In this document: piece by piece, positions 37,054 through 46,885 of the stretch
Layout of the letters: each line of letters opens with the position of its first letter
Position numbering within the stretch: the first letter of the stretch is position 1
Source: Candidatus Iainarchaeum sp.
Lineage (GTDB): Archaea > Iainarchaeota > Iainarchaeia > Iainarchaeales > JAGVWC01
Assembly (NCBI GenBank): GCA_018304465.1
Contig: JAGVWC010000012.1
Coordinates: 64,001-128,000 of the forward strand
Direction of reading: 5' to 3'
Length of the DNA: 64,000 nucleotides
The notes under the pieces: model-generated
What the model was told of the DNA's origin: nothing
The model's input: only the letters and a program-made list of their open reading frames with translations
Database searches by the model: none
Position numbers and translations under genes: made by a program

Positions 37054-38814
37054 ATGATTCGAAAACCAATCATCACGGTGCTCGGTCACGTCGACCACGG
37101 AAAAACCACTTTTCTTGACAAGATCCGCGGAACCGCGATTGCGGCGCGCGAAGCCGGTGCGATCACCCAGCATATCGGCGCCACCGAAGTTCCGATCAGT
37201 GTGATCCGCGAATTGTCGGGCGAACTCATCGAAAAATACGGTTTCAAGATCGAATTGTCGGGATTGCTTTTCATTGACACGCCGGGTCACGCGGCGTTCA
37301 CGAATCTTCGAAAACGCGGCGGAAGCATTGCCGATCTGGCGGTGTTGGTCGTGGATTTGACGCAGGGATTCCAGCCGCAGACCATCGAAGCCATCGAGAT
37401 TTTGAAGTCGTTTAAGGTTCCGTTTATCGTTGCCGCGAACAAAGTCGACAAGATTCACGGGTGGGCGCCGCATTACGGAACATTCACGAATTCCATCAAG
37501 GCGCAAACCGAATCCGTGCAGACGGATTTGGACACCAAGGTATACGAAATCGTGGGAAAACTCTACGAATTGGGGTTTCAGTCCGAGCGGTTTGATCGCA
37601 TTGCCGATTTTACGAAACAAATTCCGATTATTCCCGTGAGCGCGAAACTCGGGGACGGAATTCCGGAAACCTTGTTGTTTTTGGCGGGGTTGTCGCAGCG
37701 GTTTTTGGAAAAAAAACTGACGATTAACGAGGACGATCCCGGCGTCGGAACCGTGCTTGAAATCAAGGAAGAAAAAGGATTGGGAAAAACCATGGATGTC
37801 ATCGTGTACGATGGCGTGCTTTCGGTCGGAGACGAAATCGTGGTGGGCGGAAAAAGCGGCGTGATCAAAGCGAAGGTTCGCGCGTTACTCGAACCAAAGC
37901 CGTTAAACGAAATTCGGGATCCGAAAGAAAAATTCAACAATGTCAAAAGCGTGCATGCGGCCGCCGGAGTCAAGGTCGCGGCACCGGGTTTGGATCAAGC
38001 CTTGGCGGGTTCTCCGATGCTGGTCGTAAAAACGGGTCTGGAAGAACAAAAAATCAAGGACGAATTAAAGGGATTAACGATTGAACAAGACGTCGTGGGA
38101 CCGATTGTCCGGACCGACGCATTGGGAAGCCTGGAAGCCTTGCTGGTATTACTGTCCAACAAAGGCATCAAACCGCGAAAAGCCGATGTGGGCGAAGTGA
38201 CCCGAAAAGACGTGATCGAATGTTCGTCCGTGGCTGAAAAAGACAAGCTAAAAGGCGTTATTTTTGCTTTTAATACCCATGTATTGCCCGAAGCCCAGGA
38301 AGAAGCCCAAAAGCGTACTGTTACCATTTTTAAGGAAAATGTCATATATAAGTTGTTAGAAGATTACGAGGTTTTCGAGAAAAACTTCAAGGAAGCCGAG
38401 AAAAAAGCCCGGCTTTCAAGCGTCGTGTTTCCAGCTCGTTTTCGGATCCTTCCCAATCACGTATTCCGAAACAGCAAGCCGTTGGTGGTCGGAGTCCGGG
38501 TTTTGGATGGACGACTCAAAAACGGCGTGCAGGTCATGACCAAGTCCGGGAAAAAACTCGGACATATATTGGCTTTGCAGGAAAATGGCAAGTCCATTGA
38601 AGAAGCACGAAAAGGCAACGAAGTGGCCGTGTCCATCGAAGATGGCGTCATGGGTCGAAACGTTGGCCAAGAAGAAGAATTGTTTGTCGCGTTGACTCCG
38701 AATCAATTCGCGTCCTTGTTCCAAATGCAGAACGAGTTGTCGATCGAAGAACAGGAGTTAGTGCAAGAGACAAGAAAAATTTTGGATGATAATCGGCAGG
38801 TGAAAGAAGAATGA
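37054..38814 (+). CDS. infB: Translation initiation factor aIF5B (IF-2)
   Basis: LGHVDHGKT, ITQHIGA, DTPGH, NKVD. Confidence 0.97.
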   Translation: MIRKPIITVLGHVDHGKTTFLDKIRGTAIAAREAGAITQHIGATEVPISVIRELSGELIEKYGFKIELSGLLFIDTPGHAAFTNLRKRGGSIADLAVLVVDLTQGFQPQTIEAIEILKSFKVPFIVAANKVDKIHGWAPHYGTFTNSIKAQTESVQTDLDTKVYEIVGKLYELGFQSERFDRIADFTKQIPIIPVSAKLGDGIPETLLFLAGLSQRFLEKKLTINEDDPGVGTVLEIKEEKGLGKTMDVIVYDGVLSVGDEIVVGGKSGVIKAKVRALLEPKPLNEIRDPKEKFNNVKSVHAAAGVKVAAPGLDQALAGSPMLVVKTGLEEQKIKDELKGLTIEQDVVGPIVRTDALGSLEALLVLLSNKGIKPRKADVGEVTRKDVIECSSVAEKDKLKGVIFAFNTHVLPEAQEEAQKRTVTIFKENVIYKLLEDYEVFEKNFKEAEKKARLSSVVFPARFRILPNHVFRNSKPLVVGVRVLDGRLKNGVQVMTKSGKKLGHILALQENGKSIEEARKGNEVAVSIEDGVMGRNVGQEEELFVALTPNQFASLFQMQNELSIEEQELVQETRKILDDNRQVKEE

Positions 38815-39311
38815 ATATCGTGGTATCAAACCCCAAGTCCTCGCAGGCGATTTCGAAAAAAATCGATGCGCTTCCCAAGGTTTTTTTGAATAAACGAATC
38901 GGGGAAACAGTGTCGCTTGACGAAATCGGTTTCGATGGATATGAAGGAAAAATAACCGGTGGAAGCGACAAAGAAGGTTTTCCGCTGCATCCGTCCGTGG
39001 TGGGCAGTATGCGACGAAAAATCCTTTCGTTGAAAGGAACCGGGTTTCAACAGAAAAACGACGGAGAAAAGCGACGCAAAAACGTGCGCGGCAACACGAT
39101 CTCGGATCAGATTTCCCAAATCAACGTTTCCGTGACCAAAGAAGGCAAGACTTCGTTTGCGGAACTGTTTGCGGCAACCCCGAAACAGATCGAGCAAAAG
39201 AAATCCGCCAAGGAAGAAATGGTCGCAAAGTCGCTGGCTGCTGTTGGAGACGAAAAAACCGCGAAAATGGCTGCGGAAGTCGCCAAAGAAATCAAGAAAG
39301 GCAAGAAGTGA
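38811..39311 (+). CDS. rps6e: 30S ribosomal protein eS6
   Basis: ITGGSDKEGFP, RRKNVRGN. Confidence 0.95.
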   Translation: MNIVVSNPKSSQAISKKIDALPKVFLNKRIGETVSLDEIGFDGYEGKITGGSDKEGFPLHPSVVGSMRRKILSLKGTGFQQKNDGEKRRKNVRGNTISDQISQINVSVTKEGKTSFAELFAATPKQIEQKKSAKEEMVAKSLAAVGDEKTAKMAAEVAKEIKKGKK

Positions 39312-39319
39312 TGAAATAG

Positions 39320-40615
39320 ATGGCTGACAAAAAACCCACCAAAGCGCTCAAGGCCAGTTTGAAAACCGAGGCAACAAAACCGGTTTCACAAAAGCCGTCG
39401 GCGTCCACGGGCGCGGAAAAAAAAAGCAAAAGCGTTCAGCCCGAAGTCAATATCGGGTTGGTGGGTCACGTCGACCATGGAAAAACGTCATTGACCAAAG
39501 CCTTGACTGGAAAATGGACGGATACGTTTTCGGAGGAAATCAAACGCGGAATTTCGATTCGCCTCGGATACGCGGACGCGATTTTCTATCAGTATGAAGG
39601 AATGGAAGGATCCGAAGCCTTCGGAACCAAAGCGCTGGGACCGTCCGGCGAAACCGGAAAAGAATTGCGCCGCGTTTCGTTTGTGGATGTTCCGGGTCAC
39701 GAAACCCTCATGACGACGATGCTGTCCGGCGCGTGTCTGATGAACGGCGCGATTTTGGTGATTGCAGCCAATGAAAAATGTCCGCAACCCAGCACCGCGG
39801 AACACTTGATGGCGCTCAAAGCGATCGGAATCAAGCACCTGGTGGTCGCGCAAAACAAATTGGATCTGGTGGACAAAACCCAAGCGATCAAGAATCATCA
39901 GGAAATCGAACAGTTTCTAAAAGACGCGGGATATGAAAACGTTCCGATTATTCCGGTGTCGGCGAATTTTAACGCCAATATCGATGTGTTGATCGAAGCC
40001 ATCCAGGCAACGATTCCGTCGCCGAAACTCGACGCATCCAAACCCTTGCGGTTGTTTGTGGCGCGCTCGTTTGACGTGAACACGCCGGGAACATTGCCGG
40101 AAAAATTAAAAGGCGGCGTGGTCGGCGGCTCGATCATGCAAGGAAGCGTCAAAATCGGCGACATAATCGAAATGGTGCCAGGAATCGACGAGCGGCCCGT
40201 GCAAACCCAGGTGCAAAGCCTGCACACGTCGTTTGGACCCATTAGCGAAGGGTTTCCAGGGGGTTTAATCGCGTTTGGAACCCAATTGGATCCGAACATC
40301 AGCAAAAATGACCAGTTGAAAGGCCAAATCGTCGCAAAACCGGGTTCTTTGCCCAAACCGGTCTCCAAAATAAGTTTAAAACTGTATTTATTCAAAAGAT
40401 TAGTGGAAACCGTTGATTCGTCGATTCGACCCAGTGAAACCCTCGTGTTGACGGTGGGAACGACCACCGTGATTGGAACCGTTACCAAAGTATCCAAAGA
40501 TCACTTAGAAGCGATATTGAAAAGCCCGATCGTGGTGGAAAAAGACCAGACCGTGGCGTTAAGCAAAAGACAAAAAAGCGGTTGGAGACTCGTGGCCTAT
40601 GGAACGGTCGTGTAA
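39320..40615 (+). CDS. eif2g: Translation initiation factor aIF2 gamma
   Basis: QPEVNIGLVGHVDHGK, RGISIRLGY, DVPGHE, QNKLD. Confidence 0.96.
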   Translation: MADKKPTKALKASLKTEATKPVSQKPSASTGAEKKSKSVQPEVNIGLVGHVDHGKTSLTKALTGKWTDTFSEEIKRGISIRLGYADAIFYQYEGMEGSEAFGTKALGPSGETGKELRRVSFVDVPGHETLMTTMLSGACLMNGAILVIAANEKCPQPSTAEHLMALKAIGIKHLVVAQNKLDLVDKTQAIKNHQEIEQFLKDAGYENVPIIPVSANFNANIDVLIEAIQATIPSPKLDASKPLRLFVARSFDVNTPGTLPEKLKGGVVGGSIMQGSVKIGDIIEMVPGIDERPVQTQVQSLHTSFGPISEGFPGGLIAFGTQLDPNISKNDQLKGQIVAKPGSLPKPVSKISLKLYLFKRLVETVDSSIRPSETLVLTVGTTTVIGTVTKVSKDHLEAILKSPIVVEKDQTVALSKRQKSGWRLVAYGTVV

Positions 40616-40988
40616 AGGAGTGGCGCTGGATACGAATGTGTTGTTGACGATTCTTGACACCAAACAAAACTGCGTGCAAGAAATACGCGACGTGTTCGGG
40701 AAAAAATTCGAGATCGTGTATCCCACGCAAGTCAAAAACGAATTACGCGTTTTGGGAAAAGAAAACAAGCAACTGGAAAAAAAAGCGAAAATCGCTTTCG
40801 AGATATTGAATTGGTTCGGAGTGTTGGAAAAAAAAATTGTTGCCAGGAATGCGGACGAAGCATTGGAAAAATTGGCGGCCCAGGAGTGGGCGATTGTCAC
40901 CAATGACCGCGAATTGGCCAAAAAAATCCAGGAAAAATCCGGCAAGGTGTGGCGTTTGTCGCGCGGCCGGTTGTTGATTGATGTTTGA
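40599..40988 (+). CDS. PIN-domain protein (Fcf1/Utp24-like)
   Basis: LDTNVL, ADEAL, VTNDREL; canonical position. Confidence 0.88.
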   Translation: MERSCKGVALDTNVLLTILDTKQNCVQEIRDVFGKKFEIVYPTQVKNELRVLGKENKQLEKKAKIAFEILNWFGVLEKKIVARNADEALEKLAAQEWAIVTNDRELAKKIQEKSGKVWRLSRGRLLIDV

Positions 40989-41012
40989 AAAAGATCAGGA
41001 GCGTTGGAAAAA

Positions 41013-41633
41013 ATGTATAATGTGTACACGATTCGGGACGTGATTCGGGTTCCACCCAAAGACTTCGGGATGGATTTGAAAGAAGCGGTGTTAAAGATCG
41101 CGCAGCAGGAATACGAAGGAATCGTGGACGAAGAACTCGGCATTGTGGTCGCGGTTAAAGACGTGGTGTCGGTCGGGGACGGAAAAGTCATTCCGGGCGA
41201 CGGCGCCGCGTATTATTTGTCCGAACTGGAAATGGTCGCGTTCAAGCCGGAACTTCAGGAAGTCGTGGCGGGAAAAGTCACGGAAATCACGGAGTTCGGA
41301 GCGTTTGTCAAGATCGGTCCGATCGAAGGACTCGTGCACGTTTCCCAGATCATGGACGATTATATCAATTACGACCAGAAAAACGGCTGGTTTGAAGGCC
41401 GGGATTCCGGAAAAAAACTCATCGTGGACGATTCGGTTTTGACGCGCATCATCACGTCGAGTTTGAAAAGCACGGTGCAGAATTCCAAGATCGGAATGAC
41501 GATGCGCCAGATCGGACTCGGAAAAGAAGACTGGGTTGACATCGACGAAAAACAAAAAGACAAGAAAAAAGTCGTTCGGGACGCGAAAAGCAAGGAACCC
41601 AAATCGCAAAAGCCCGAGCGGCAAAGGAAATGA
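41013..41633 (+). CDS. rpoE1: RNA polymerase subunit Rpo7 (E')
   Basis: IPGDGA, FGAFVKIGP, HVSQIMDD, TMRQ.GLG. Confidence 0.96.
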   Translation: MYNVYTIRDVIRVPPKDFGMDLKEAVLKIAQQEYEGIVDEELGIVVAVKDVVSVGDGKVIPGDGAAYYLSELEMVAFKPELQEVVAGKVTEITEFGAFVKIGPIEGLVHVSQIMDDYINYDQKNGWFEGRDSGKKLIVDDSVLTRIITSSLKSTVQNSKIGMTMRQIGLGKEDWVDIDEKQKDKKKVVRDAKSKEPKSQKPERQRK

Positions 41634-41649
41634 TTGAGGCGAAAAAATA

Positions 41650-41844
41650 ATGGCAACAGAAAAAGCATGCCGGCAATGCCGGCGGATTGTGGAAGAAGCG
41701 ACCACGTGTCCGGATTGCGGTGGCGCGCAGTTCACGACGTTTTGGCGCGGATTCATTACAATTGCGGATCCGGAAAAATCCGAGATAGCCAAAAAAATGG
41801 GAATCACGCAAAAAGGCAAACACGCCTTGCGATTGAGCCAATAA
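41650..41844 (+). CDS. spt4: Transcription elongation factor Spt4 (RpoE'')
   Basis: CRQC..CPDC, SEIAKKMGI. Confidence 0.95.
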   Translation: MATEKACRQCRRIVEEATTCPDCGGAQFTTFWRGFITIADPEKSEIAKKMGITQKGKHALRLSQ

Positions 41845-41866
41845 AGGACAAAGGCAGGTATTTGGA

Positions 41867-42196
41867 ATGAAATCAAACATCGTTCAGAAAACGCATAATC
41901 CCCTTCTACATCGCGACGAACTCGTGTTGTCGGTGCCGTCGGAAAAAACCCTGAGCCGAAAAGAGCTTCGGGAAAAAATCGCGGTTCAATTGAATGCGGA
42001 CATCGAAAAAGTGTCGATTCAAAAGATTTTGCAGCCGTTTGGAGCAAAAGAAATGCAAGTGCACGTTCGGGTATACGACTCGAAAGAAACGCTTGAAAAA
42101 ACGGAATTGCCCCAGATCGTGTTCCGTAATCGAGGAGAAAAACGAAAGCCTAAGAAAAAAGAGCCCAAAGTCAAAACGGCCAAGAAACAAAGGTGA
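41867..42196 (+). CDS. rps24e: 30S ribosomal protein eS24
   Basis: NPLLHR, FG, VYDS. Confidence 0.92.
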   Translation: MKSNIVQKTHNPLLHRDELVLSVPSEKTLSRKELREKIAVQLNADIEKVSIQKILQPFGAKEMQVHVRVYDSKETLEKTELPQIVFRNRGEKRKPKKKEPKVKTAKKQR

Positions 42197-42202
42197 TTAA
42201 GA

Positions 42203-42394
42203 ATGGCAGAAAAAGGAAAAGCAGTTGAAAAAGAAAAGAAAATCCAGAAGTCTTCTTTTTACGAAGTGGACAATGACAAGGTAAAACGCAAAAACCTGTT
42301 TTGCCCCAAATGCGGGGCCGGCGTATTCATGGCAGCCCACAAGGACCGGAATACCTGCGGAAAATGCGGTTTTACGCAATGGAAAAACAAGTAA
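42203..42394 (+). CDS. rps27ae: 30S ribosomal protein eS31 (S27ae)
   Basis: CPKCGAGVFMAAH..R.TCGKC. Confidence 0.95.
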   Translation: MAEKGKAVEKEKKIQKSSFYEVDNDKVKRKNLFCPKCGAGVFMAAHKDRNTCGKCGFTQWKNK

Positions 42395-42523
42395 AAACGG
42401 TTTTTCCAAACCCTATTTTTTTCGGATGCCCAAAAGCGGCGATACCCGGTTGGGTTGACCGGCGATTCGAAAAACCATCGGGAAAACTCAAGATTTAAAA
42501 AAAATTCTTTCAACAGAGTGTAT

Positions 42524-43303
42524 ATGCCACAAATGCTTTTTTTAGGCACGGGTTTTTCCAGCGGAGTACCAGAAGGAAACTGCGCATGCGAAGTATGCGA
42601 AAAAGCAAGGGACATGTCCAGTCCTTTTTTTCGAACGCGTTCCAGCGTGTTGATCGAACACGACGGAAAAAACATTCTGATCGACGCTGGCACGGATTTT
42701 CGGTTTCAAACGATCAAACACAACGTGCGAAAAATCGACGCGGTGCTGATCACGCATGCCCACGAGGATCACATCGGCGGGATTCCGGATTTACGCGGGT
42801 TTTCGTCGACATGGGGAAACGATCCGGCGCTTTCGATGTATTGTCGTCAACAAGAAATCAACGCGCTTAAGCGGCGCTTCGGATATATTTTTGACGAAAA
42901 CGTCACGTCCACCAAACCAAAGTTTGGAGTGAAAACCATTGAACCGGGAAAACCGTTCGACGTGTTCGGATTGACGGTGACACCGATGTTGGTTTCGCAT
43001 CCGCCCGAAGACGCGTTCGGTTTTCGCATCAACGACCTGGCGTACATTCCCGACGCGAAAACGATTCCTTCCGAATCCATGAAATTGCTGCAAGGAATCA
43101 AGACCTTGGTGATTCTTGGGAACAGCGACGAGTCGTATCCCAAACAAATGAGTATTTTCGAAGCCGCGGAAATCGCGAAAACCCTGAAGGCCGAACGCGT
43201 TTTTTTCACGCATATTGGTCACCGGGTCCAGCGAAACAAGGCGGATCAAACGCTTCCGCCGCACATGAAACTCGCGTTTGACGGCTTGAAAATCGATTTT
43301 TGA
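42524..43303 (+). CDS. Metallo-beta-lactamase fold hydrolase (PhnP-like)
   Basis: LGTG.S.GVP..C.C..C, THAHEDH, THIGH, AFDG. Confidence 0.9.
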   Translation: MPQMLFLGTGFSSGVPEGNCACEVCEKARDMSSPFFRTRSSVLIEHDGKNILIDAGTDFRFQTIKHNVRKIDAVLITHAHEDHIGGIPDLRGFSSTWGNDPALSMYCRQQEINALKRRFGYIFDENVTSTKPKFGVKTIEPGKPFDVFGLTVTPMLVSHPPEDAFGFRINDLAYIPDAKTIPSESMKLLQGIKTLVILGNSDESYPKQMSIFEAAEIAKTLKAERVFFTHIGHRVQRNKADQTLPPHMKLAFDGLKIDF

Positions 43304-43344
43304 ACCGAGGTATTTTTTTATTCGAAAGCCGCTGTATTTGATTT

Positions 43345-44322
43345 ATGACAATTAGTATCGGTTTCGAATCGACGGCTCATACGTTTGGAGTCGCGATCGT
43401 AAACGAGAAATGCGAAGTTTTAGCCAACGAAAAACACACGCATACGACGGAAAGCGGCGGATTGATTCCGCGCGAATTGGCTGAGCATCACGAAAAATAC
43501 GCGTTGCCCGTGTTGTTGGCGGCGCTTGAAAAAAGCAAAAAAAAATTGTCGGACATCGACGTGTACGCGTTTTCGCAGGGACCCGGCATCGGCCCCGCGT
43601 TAAAATTCGGCGCGTACGTCTGCAGAGCATTGGCGATCGAACAAAAAAAACCGTTGCTTGGCGTCAACCACGGCGTGGGGCACATCGAGATCGGAAAGGC
43701 TTTGACAGGGGCCAAGGATCCCCTGACAGTGTACGCGTCCGGTGGAAACACGCAAATCATCGGACTGGACCGCGGTCGATACCGCGTGTTCGGAGAAACA
43801 TTGGATGTCGGAGTCGGGAATCTGTTGGATAGTTTCGGACGGTCGCTTTCAATCGGTTTTCCCGCGGGACCCAAAATCGATGAAAAATATTTTTTGGGAA
43901 AAAATTTGATTTCCCTCCCGTACTCCGTCAAGGGAATGGATCTGGTGTTTTCGGGTCTGTTGACAGCGGCCGAACAAAAAATCGGAAAAGTGGATGAAAA
44001 CGATTTGTGTTTTTCCTTGATGCACACCGCTTTTGCGGAATTGACGGAAGTAACGGAGCGCGCTTTGGCGCACACGGGAAAAAAAGAAGTGTTGTTAACC
44101 GGCGGGGTGGCCGCCAGCCGCGCGCTGCAACAGATGATGAAAACCATGTGCGACGAACGCGGGGTTGATTTTTTCGTTCCGCCGGCGTGGGCGTGCGGCG
44201 ACAGCGGGTTGTTGCCCGCGTGGCTGGGATTAGTCGAATACAACGCCGGAATCCGGATGGCATTGTCCGAAACCACGGTGAATCAGCGCCAGCGCGTCGA
44301 CGAAATCGACGTGGTATGGTAA
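43345..44322 (+). CDS. kae1: KEOPS t6A synthase Kae1
   Basis: GFESTAHTFG, GPGIG, NHGVGHIE, SGGNT, GETLD. Confidence 0.95.
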   Translation: MTISIGFESTAHTFGVAIVNEKCEVLANEKHTHTTESGGLIPRELAEHHEKYALPVLLAALEKSKKKLSDIDVYAFSQGPGIGPALKFGAYVCRALAIEQKKPLLGVNHGVGHIEIGKALTGAKDPLTVYASGGNTQIIGLDRGRYRVFGETLDVGVGNLLDSFGRSLSIGFPAGPKIDEKYFLGKNLISLPYSVKGMDLVFSGLLTAAEQKIGKVDENDLCFSLMHTAFAELTEVTERALAHTGKKEVLLTGGVAASRALQQMMKTMCDERGVDFFVPPAWACGDSGLLPAWLGLVEYNAGIRMALSETTVNQRQRVDEIDVVW

Positions 44323-44389
44323 AAGAGCTTTGGTCGGAGTCCCGAATCATCCGCTTATTTTTATAATACCGTTGCGGGGAAGTATCCGT

Positions 44390-45184
44390 ATGGCGCATCA
44401 AAGCGAAATGTTGATTGCTGGTATGGTCGGAATCATTATCGGCGTGGTGGCTTCCGCGGCGTTATTCGTGTATTTGGAGCCATCGCAGTCTTTTTTGGAA
44501 AACGATCAAAACCAGTCACCGGAGCAAACAGAGCAAAGAACGGCGTTGAATCCCTTACAAGAAGACAAATACGCGGCAAGCATCGGAATCGTGGCCGTGG
44601 CGGCGCAAACCAACGAAGGTATCACCAATGTCGCCAATGTCGAGATTCAGCCAGGAAAAGGACGCGTGCTGGTCGCTGTGAACCCGTTTGTCGAGCCGGA
44701 TACGCAGGAAAGCGCGGAGATTGCGGCGGCCGTGGCGGAGCGGTATACCCAAAAGGATTTGTCGAACGTGGATTTGATTTATTCGATCGAGTCGGACGCG
44801 CAATTGGTGGGCGGACCGAGCGCGGGAGCCGCGTTAACCGTGGCCACAATCGCGGCGATCGAAAAAAAAACCGTGCGAACCGATGCCGCGATTACGGGAA
44901 CGATTGAACCTGACGGATCGATCGGACCGATTGGCGGCGTGTTGGAAAAAACCGAAGCCGTGGCCAAAGCCGGAAAAAAATTGTTCTTGATTCCAAAAGG
45001 CCAGGGCACCTTGGTGTATTACGAACCCAAGGTTACGATTGAACAGCGCGGTCGGTTTCAGATTCAGCGCACGTCGTATGTTCCAAAGCAACTGGATTTG
45101 ATCGGGTACGCCAAAGGCGAATTGGATTTGGAAGTACGCGAAGTGGAAACCGTATCGGAAGCGGCCGAGATTTTGATTTCGTGA
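44390..45184 (+). CDS. Membrane-anchored Lon-like S16 serine protease domain (no ATPase)
   Basis: N-terminal TM; GPSAG catalytic Ser; TGTI..DG.IGPIGGV.EK catalytic Lys. Confidence 0.88.
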   Translation: MAHQSEMLIAGMVGIIIGVVASAALFVYLEPSQSFLENDQNQSPEQTEQRTALNPLQEDKYAASIGIVAVAAQTNEGITNVANVEIQPGKGRVLVAVNPFVEPDTQESAEIAAAVAERYTQKDLSNVDLIYSIESDAQLVGGPSAGAALTVATIAAIEKKTVRTDAAITGTIEPDGSIGPIGGVLEKTEAVAKAGKKLFLIPKGQGTLVYYEPKVTIEQRGRFQIQRTSYVPKQLDLIGYAKGELDLEVREVETVSEAAEILIS

Positions 45185-45185
45185 A

Positions 45186-45515
45186 TTATTTTTTGATCAA
45201 TTCTTTTTTTGTTTTGAGCCATTTTTCATTTCTTTCAATTCGAAAGTCTTTGGTGTAACTGTACAAAAACAAGACGACTGCGGTAATGAGAATCGCGATG
45301 AACACGCGGGCTTCCATCGAAGCTGAAAACGGCGCAGGTAAGTCCACGGCGGGATTAAGGTAAATCAGAAAAGCCCCCACGAGCACCATGACGAGCACGA
45401 ACTCGACCACAAGCAAAATCACCAGTCGGCGGTCTTTTTTGGCATCCGAAAACTTGGCTTTGGTGGTGGAGACGACTTCTTTTCCGGCGCGGAAAAAGCG
45501 TTCCTTAAGTTTCAT
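45186..45515 (-). CDS. Two-TM membrane hypothetical protein
   Basis: Two hydrophobic helices flanked by basic segments. Confidence 0.7.
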   Translation of the reverse strand: MKLKERFFRAGKEVVSTTKAKFSDAKKDRRLVILLVVEFVLVMVLVGAFLIYLNPAVDLPAPFSASMEARVFIAILITAVVLFLYSYTKDFRIERNEKWLKTKKELIKK

Positions 45516-45622
45516 GACAAAGAAAACGCCCAAGGTAGTATAAAAAGTGATTTACCTGCTTGCCGAATTTGGAAAATAGTTTTAAAGAAATATCATTCAG
45601 TTATAATGCGGGAGGTACTTTG

Positions 45623-46291
45623 ATGAGGTCAAAAGCCTATTTAGTCACCAGTTTAATGCTGTTGGCCGTTTTTCTTGGATCAACGGTGGCGGCATGCGAT
45701 TCGCCATCCTGTGGACCCCAATCCGGCGACGAGGATATTGTCCAACTAACCGTTGCCGTGAAGAACAAACTCGGAAACCCCGTGATCGGAGCGGATATTT
45801 ATTTGTTTCCGGTTCGGGGACCTGCGGTCGGTTCCTTAACGTCCAATAACCAGGGAGAAGCCACGTTTTTCGTGACCACGGATTCGGCGTACCGGATTCA
45901 GGTCGACAAAGGGGGATACAAAAGCGGTTACATGTCGGTAACGGTTCCAACCACCGTGGAATCGGACCGCGTGTTCCAGCCGATTTATCTGGATCCGAAT
46001 TCCGTTTCGTCGGGGCAATTGGGTTCACGCGCGGGCGGAAGCGTGTATGATTACACGTATATTTCGCTGCGGACGAGTTACACCCGAACGCCGACGCGGA
46101 TATCGCCGGGTCGCACGCCTGTCTCAAGCAGTGGTCGCCGATACGTCGTATATTCCTTTACTCCAACGCGTTCGTCGGCTAACTCCGTTGTTCCGCGTCA
46201 ACCCACGAGTACACGTCCAACAACGACGTTGTATTATACGCGGACCAATTGGTTCGGATCGAGTGCGCTGTACTATACGCGAACGCGATGA
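45623..46291 (+). CDS. Secreted protein with carboxypeptidase-regulatory-like domain and S/T/R/Y-rich tail
   Basis: GGAGG SD; signal peptide; PVIGADI..SNNQGEA..VDKGGY. Confidence 0.75.
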   Translation: MRSKAYLVTSLMLLAVFLGSTVAACDSPSCGPQSGDEDIVQLTVAVKNKLGNPVIGADIYLFPVRGPAVGSLTSNNQGEATFFVTTDSAYRIQVDKGGYKSGYMSVTVPTTVESDRVFQPIYLDPNSVSSGQLGSRAGGSVYDYTYISLRTSYTRTPTRISPGRTPVSSSGRRYVVYSFTPTRSSANSVVPRQPTSTRPTTTLYYTRTNWFGSSALYYTRTR

Positions 46292-46300
46292 TTCGTTCAA

Positions 46301-46326
46301 AAGGGGGCAACGCCCCTTCTTTTTTT
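46301..46326 (+). terminator. GC hairpin plus U tract between convergent genes
   Basis: AAGGGG-GCAACG-CCCCTT-CTTTTTTT. Confidence 0.6.
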
Positions 46327-46330
46327 ATTT

Positions 46331-46885
46331 TTAAAAAATAGTTGTGGTTGAAAGCGAAAGCATCAAGGCGGCAAACACCCAAAGAATGCGCAGCACGAAC
46401 GCGGTGTCAAACAGCAAAATCAATCCCAAAATCACGATTATCGGGACAAAAAAAACCGGAAACGTGAGCAGCCAAAAAAACCGCGTGGCCATGTCTCCTT
46501 TTTCGAGGACGCGTCGTTTGTAGAAATCCGTGAAAGCGTTAAAGGCGTTCAAGGCGTCTTGCTTGCTTGGAAACGAATACAACACGAGCGAAAACCCGAA
46601 CCAGTATACCAGCAACGAAACCACGGATAACTGCGCCGCAAGCACGTGTCCGAATTGCAAAAGCGATATTCCGATGAGGTTTCCGAGCAAAAACGGGGCG
46701 ATCGCAATGATCAGGCCTTGCCAGGCATTGGGTTTGGCATGCGACACGTACGCCTCGTCGGTGCCAAACCATTTGACGTGGTGAACCGCAACCCCTGTCA
46801 GATAACAGGCGATCACGTGGGAAAACTCGTGAAAGACGATTCCGGGAAAAAAAATAATCGGATCGGTGGGCAGGCTTTTGCTCAT
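46331..46885 (-). CDS. Membrane HExxH zinc metalloprotease (M50/DUF3267-like)
   Basis: PGIVFHEFSH, IAPF, FPSKQD; several TM helices. Confidence 0.8.
   Translation of the reverse strand: MSKSLPTDPIIFFPGIVFHEFSHVIACYLTGVAVHHVKWFGTDEAYVSHAKPNAWQGLIIAIAPFLLGNLIGISLLQFGHVLAAQLSVVSLLVYWFGFSLVLYSFPSKQDALNAFNAFTDFYKRRVLEKGDMATRFFWLLTFPVFFVPIIVILGLILLFDTAFVLRILWVFAALMLSLSTTTIF

Noticed and set aside
40599-40988. PIN protein as a VapC toxin
   Set aside because: No antitoxin; it occupies the conserved aIF2g-PIN-rpoE position of the housekeeping Fcf1-like gene
42395-42500. Possible ncRNA between rps27ae and the MBL hydrolase
   Set aside because: Only short stems; no tRNA, SRP or C/D-box features recognised
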